A stretch of 64,000 nucleotides of DNA from Candidatus Latescibacterota bacterium (GTDB taxonomy: Bacteria; Latescibacterota; UBA2968; SICM01), in NCBI GenBank assembly GCA_965217865.1, contig CBDCJO010000002.1, positions 1,376,001 through 1,440,000 of the forward strand, written 5' to 3'. A program made the position numbers and the translations under genes. Numbering within the stretch: position 1 is the first letter of the stretch; each line of letters starts with the position of its first letter. This document shows positions 63,950 to 64,000 of the stretch, one piece after another. The notes below the pieces were generated by a model, which did not search any database, was not told where the DNA came from, and saw nothing but the letters and a program-made list of their open reading frames with translations.

Positions 63950-64000
63950 ACCACTTTCTCTCCGTGTTAACCGGTCTGGAAAGGGAAACGCGAAAAAGGC

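Overview
This is a bacterial window dominated by insertion sequences and gene debris. It holds five full-length copies and one left-end stub of an IS1182-like element, three IS1380 copies, an IS256 with an IS1380 nested inside it, and remnants of IS3, IS630, ISL3, IS110, IS1595 and IS200/IS605. Apparently intact genes include an S9 peptidase, a TM0106-type RecB nuclease/SF1 helicase, a Mig-type HhH-GPD glycosylase behind a broken C5 DNA methyltransferase, a RelA/SpoT-domain protein, a PIN toxin-antitoxin pair, a nucleoside 2-deoxyribosyltransferase, a NUDIX hydrolase, an LpdA-like flavoprotein, aroA, an MBL-fold protein and an ECF sigma factor fused to a nucleotidyltransferase-like domain. Many other genes are truncated, internally deleted, frameshifted or split by small inversions. 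The most notable signals the ORF track misses are: (i) a deiodinase-like selenoprotein with an in-frame UGA followed by a SECIS-like hairpin; (ii) a structured IS110 leader that is a candidate bridge/seek RNA; (iii) several attC-like cassette sites with no integrase in the window; (iv) two intragenic inversions bounded by 4-5 bp inverted microhomologies; (v) two paralogous iteron-like arrays with a concerted base swap. No rRNA, tRNA or CRISPR array was recognised. All family assignments come from motif recognition by eye, not from database searches, and fragment boundaries are approximate.
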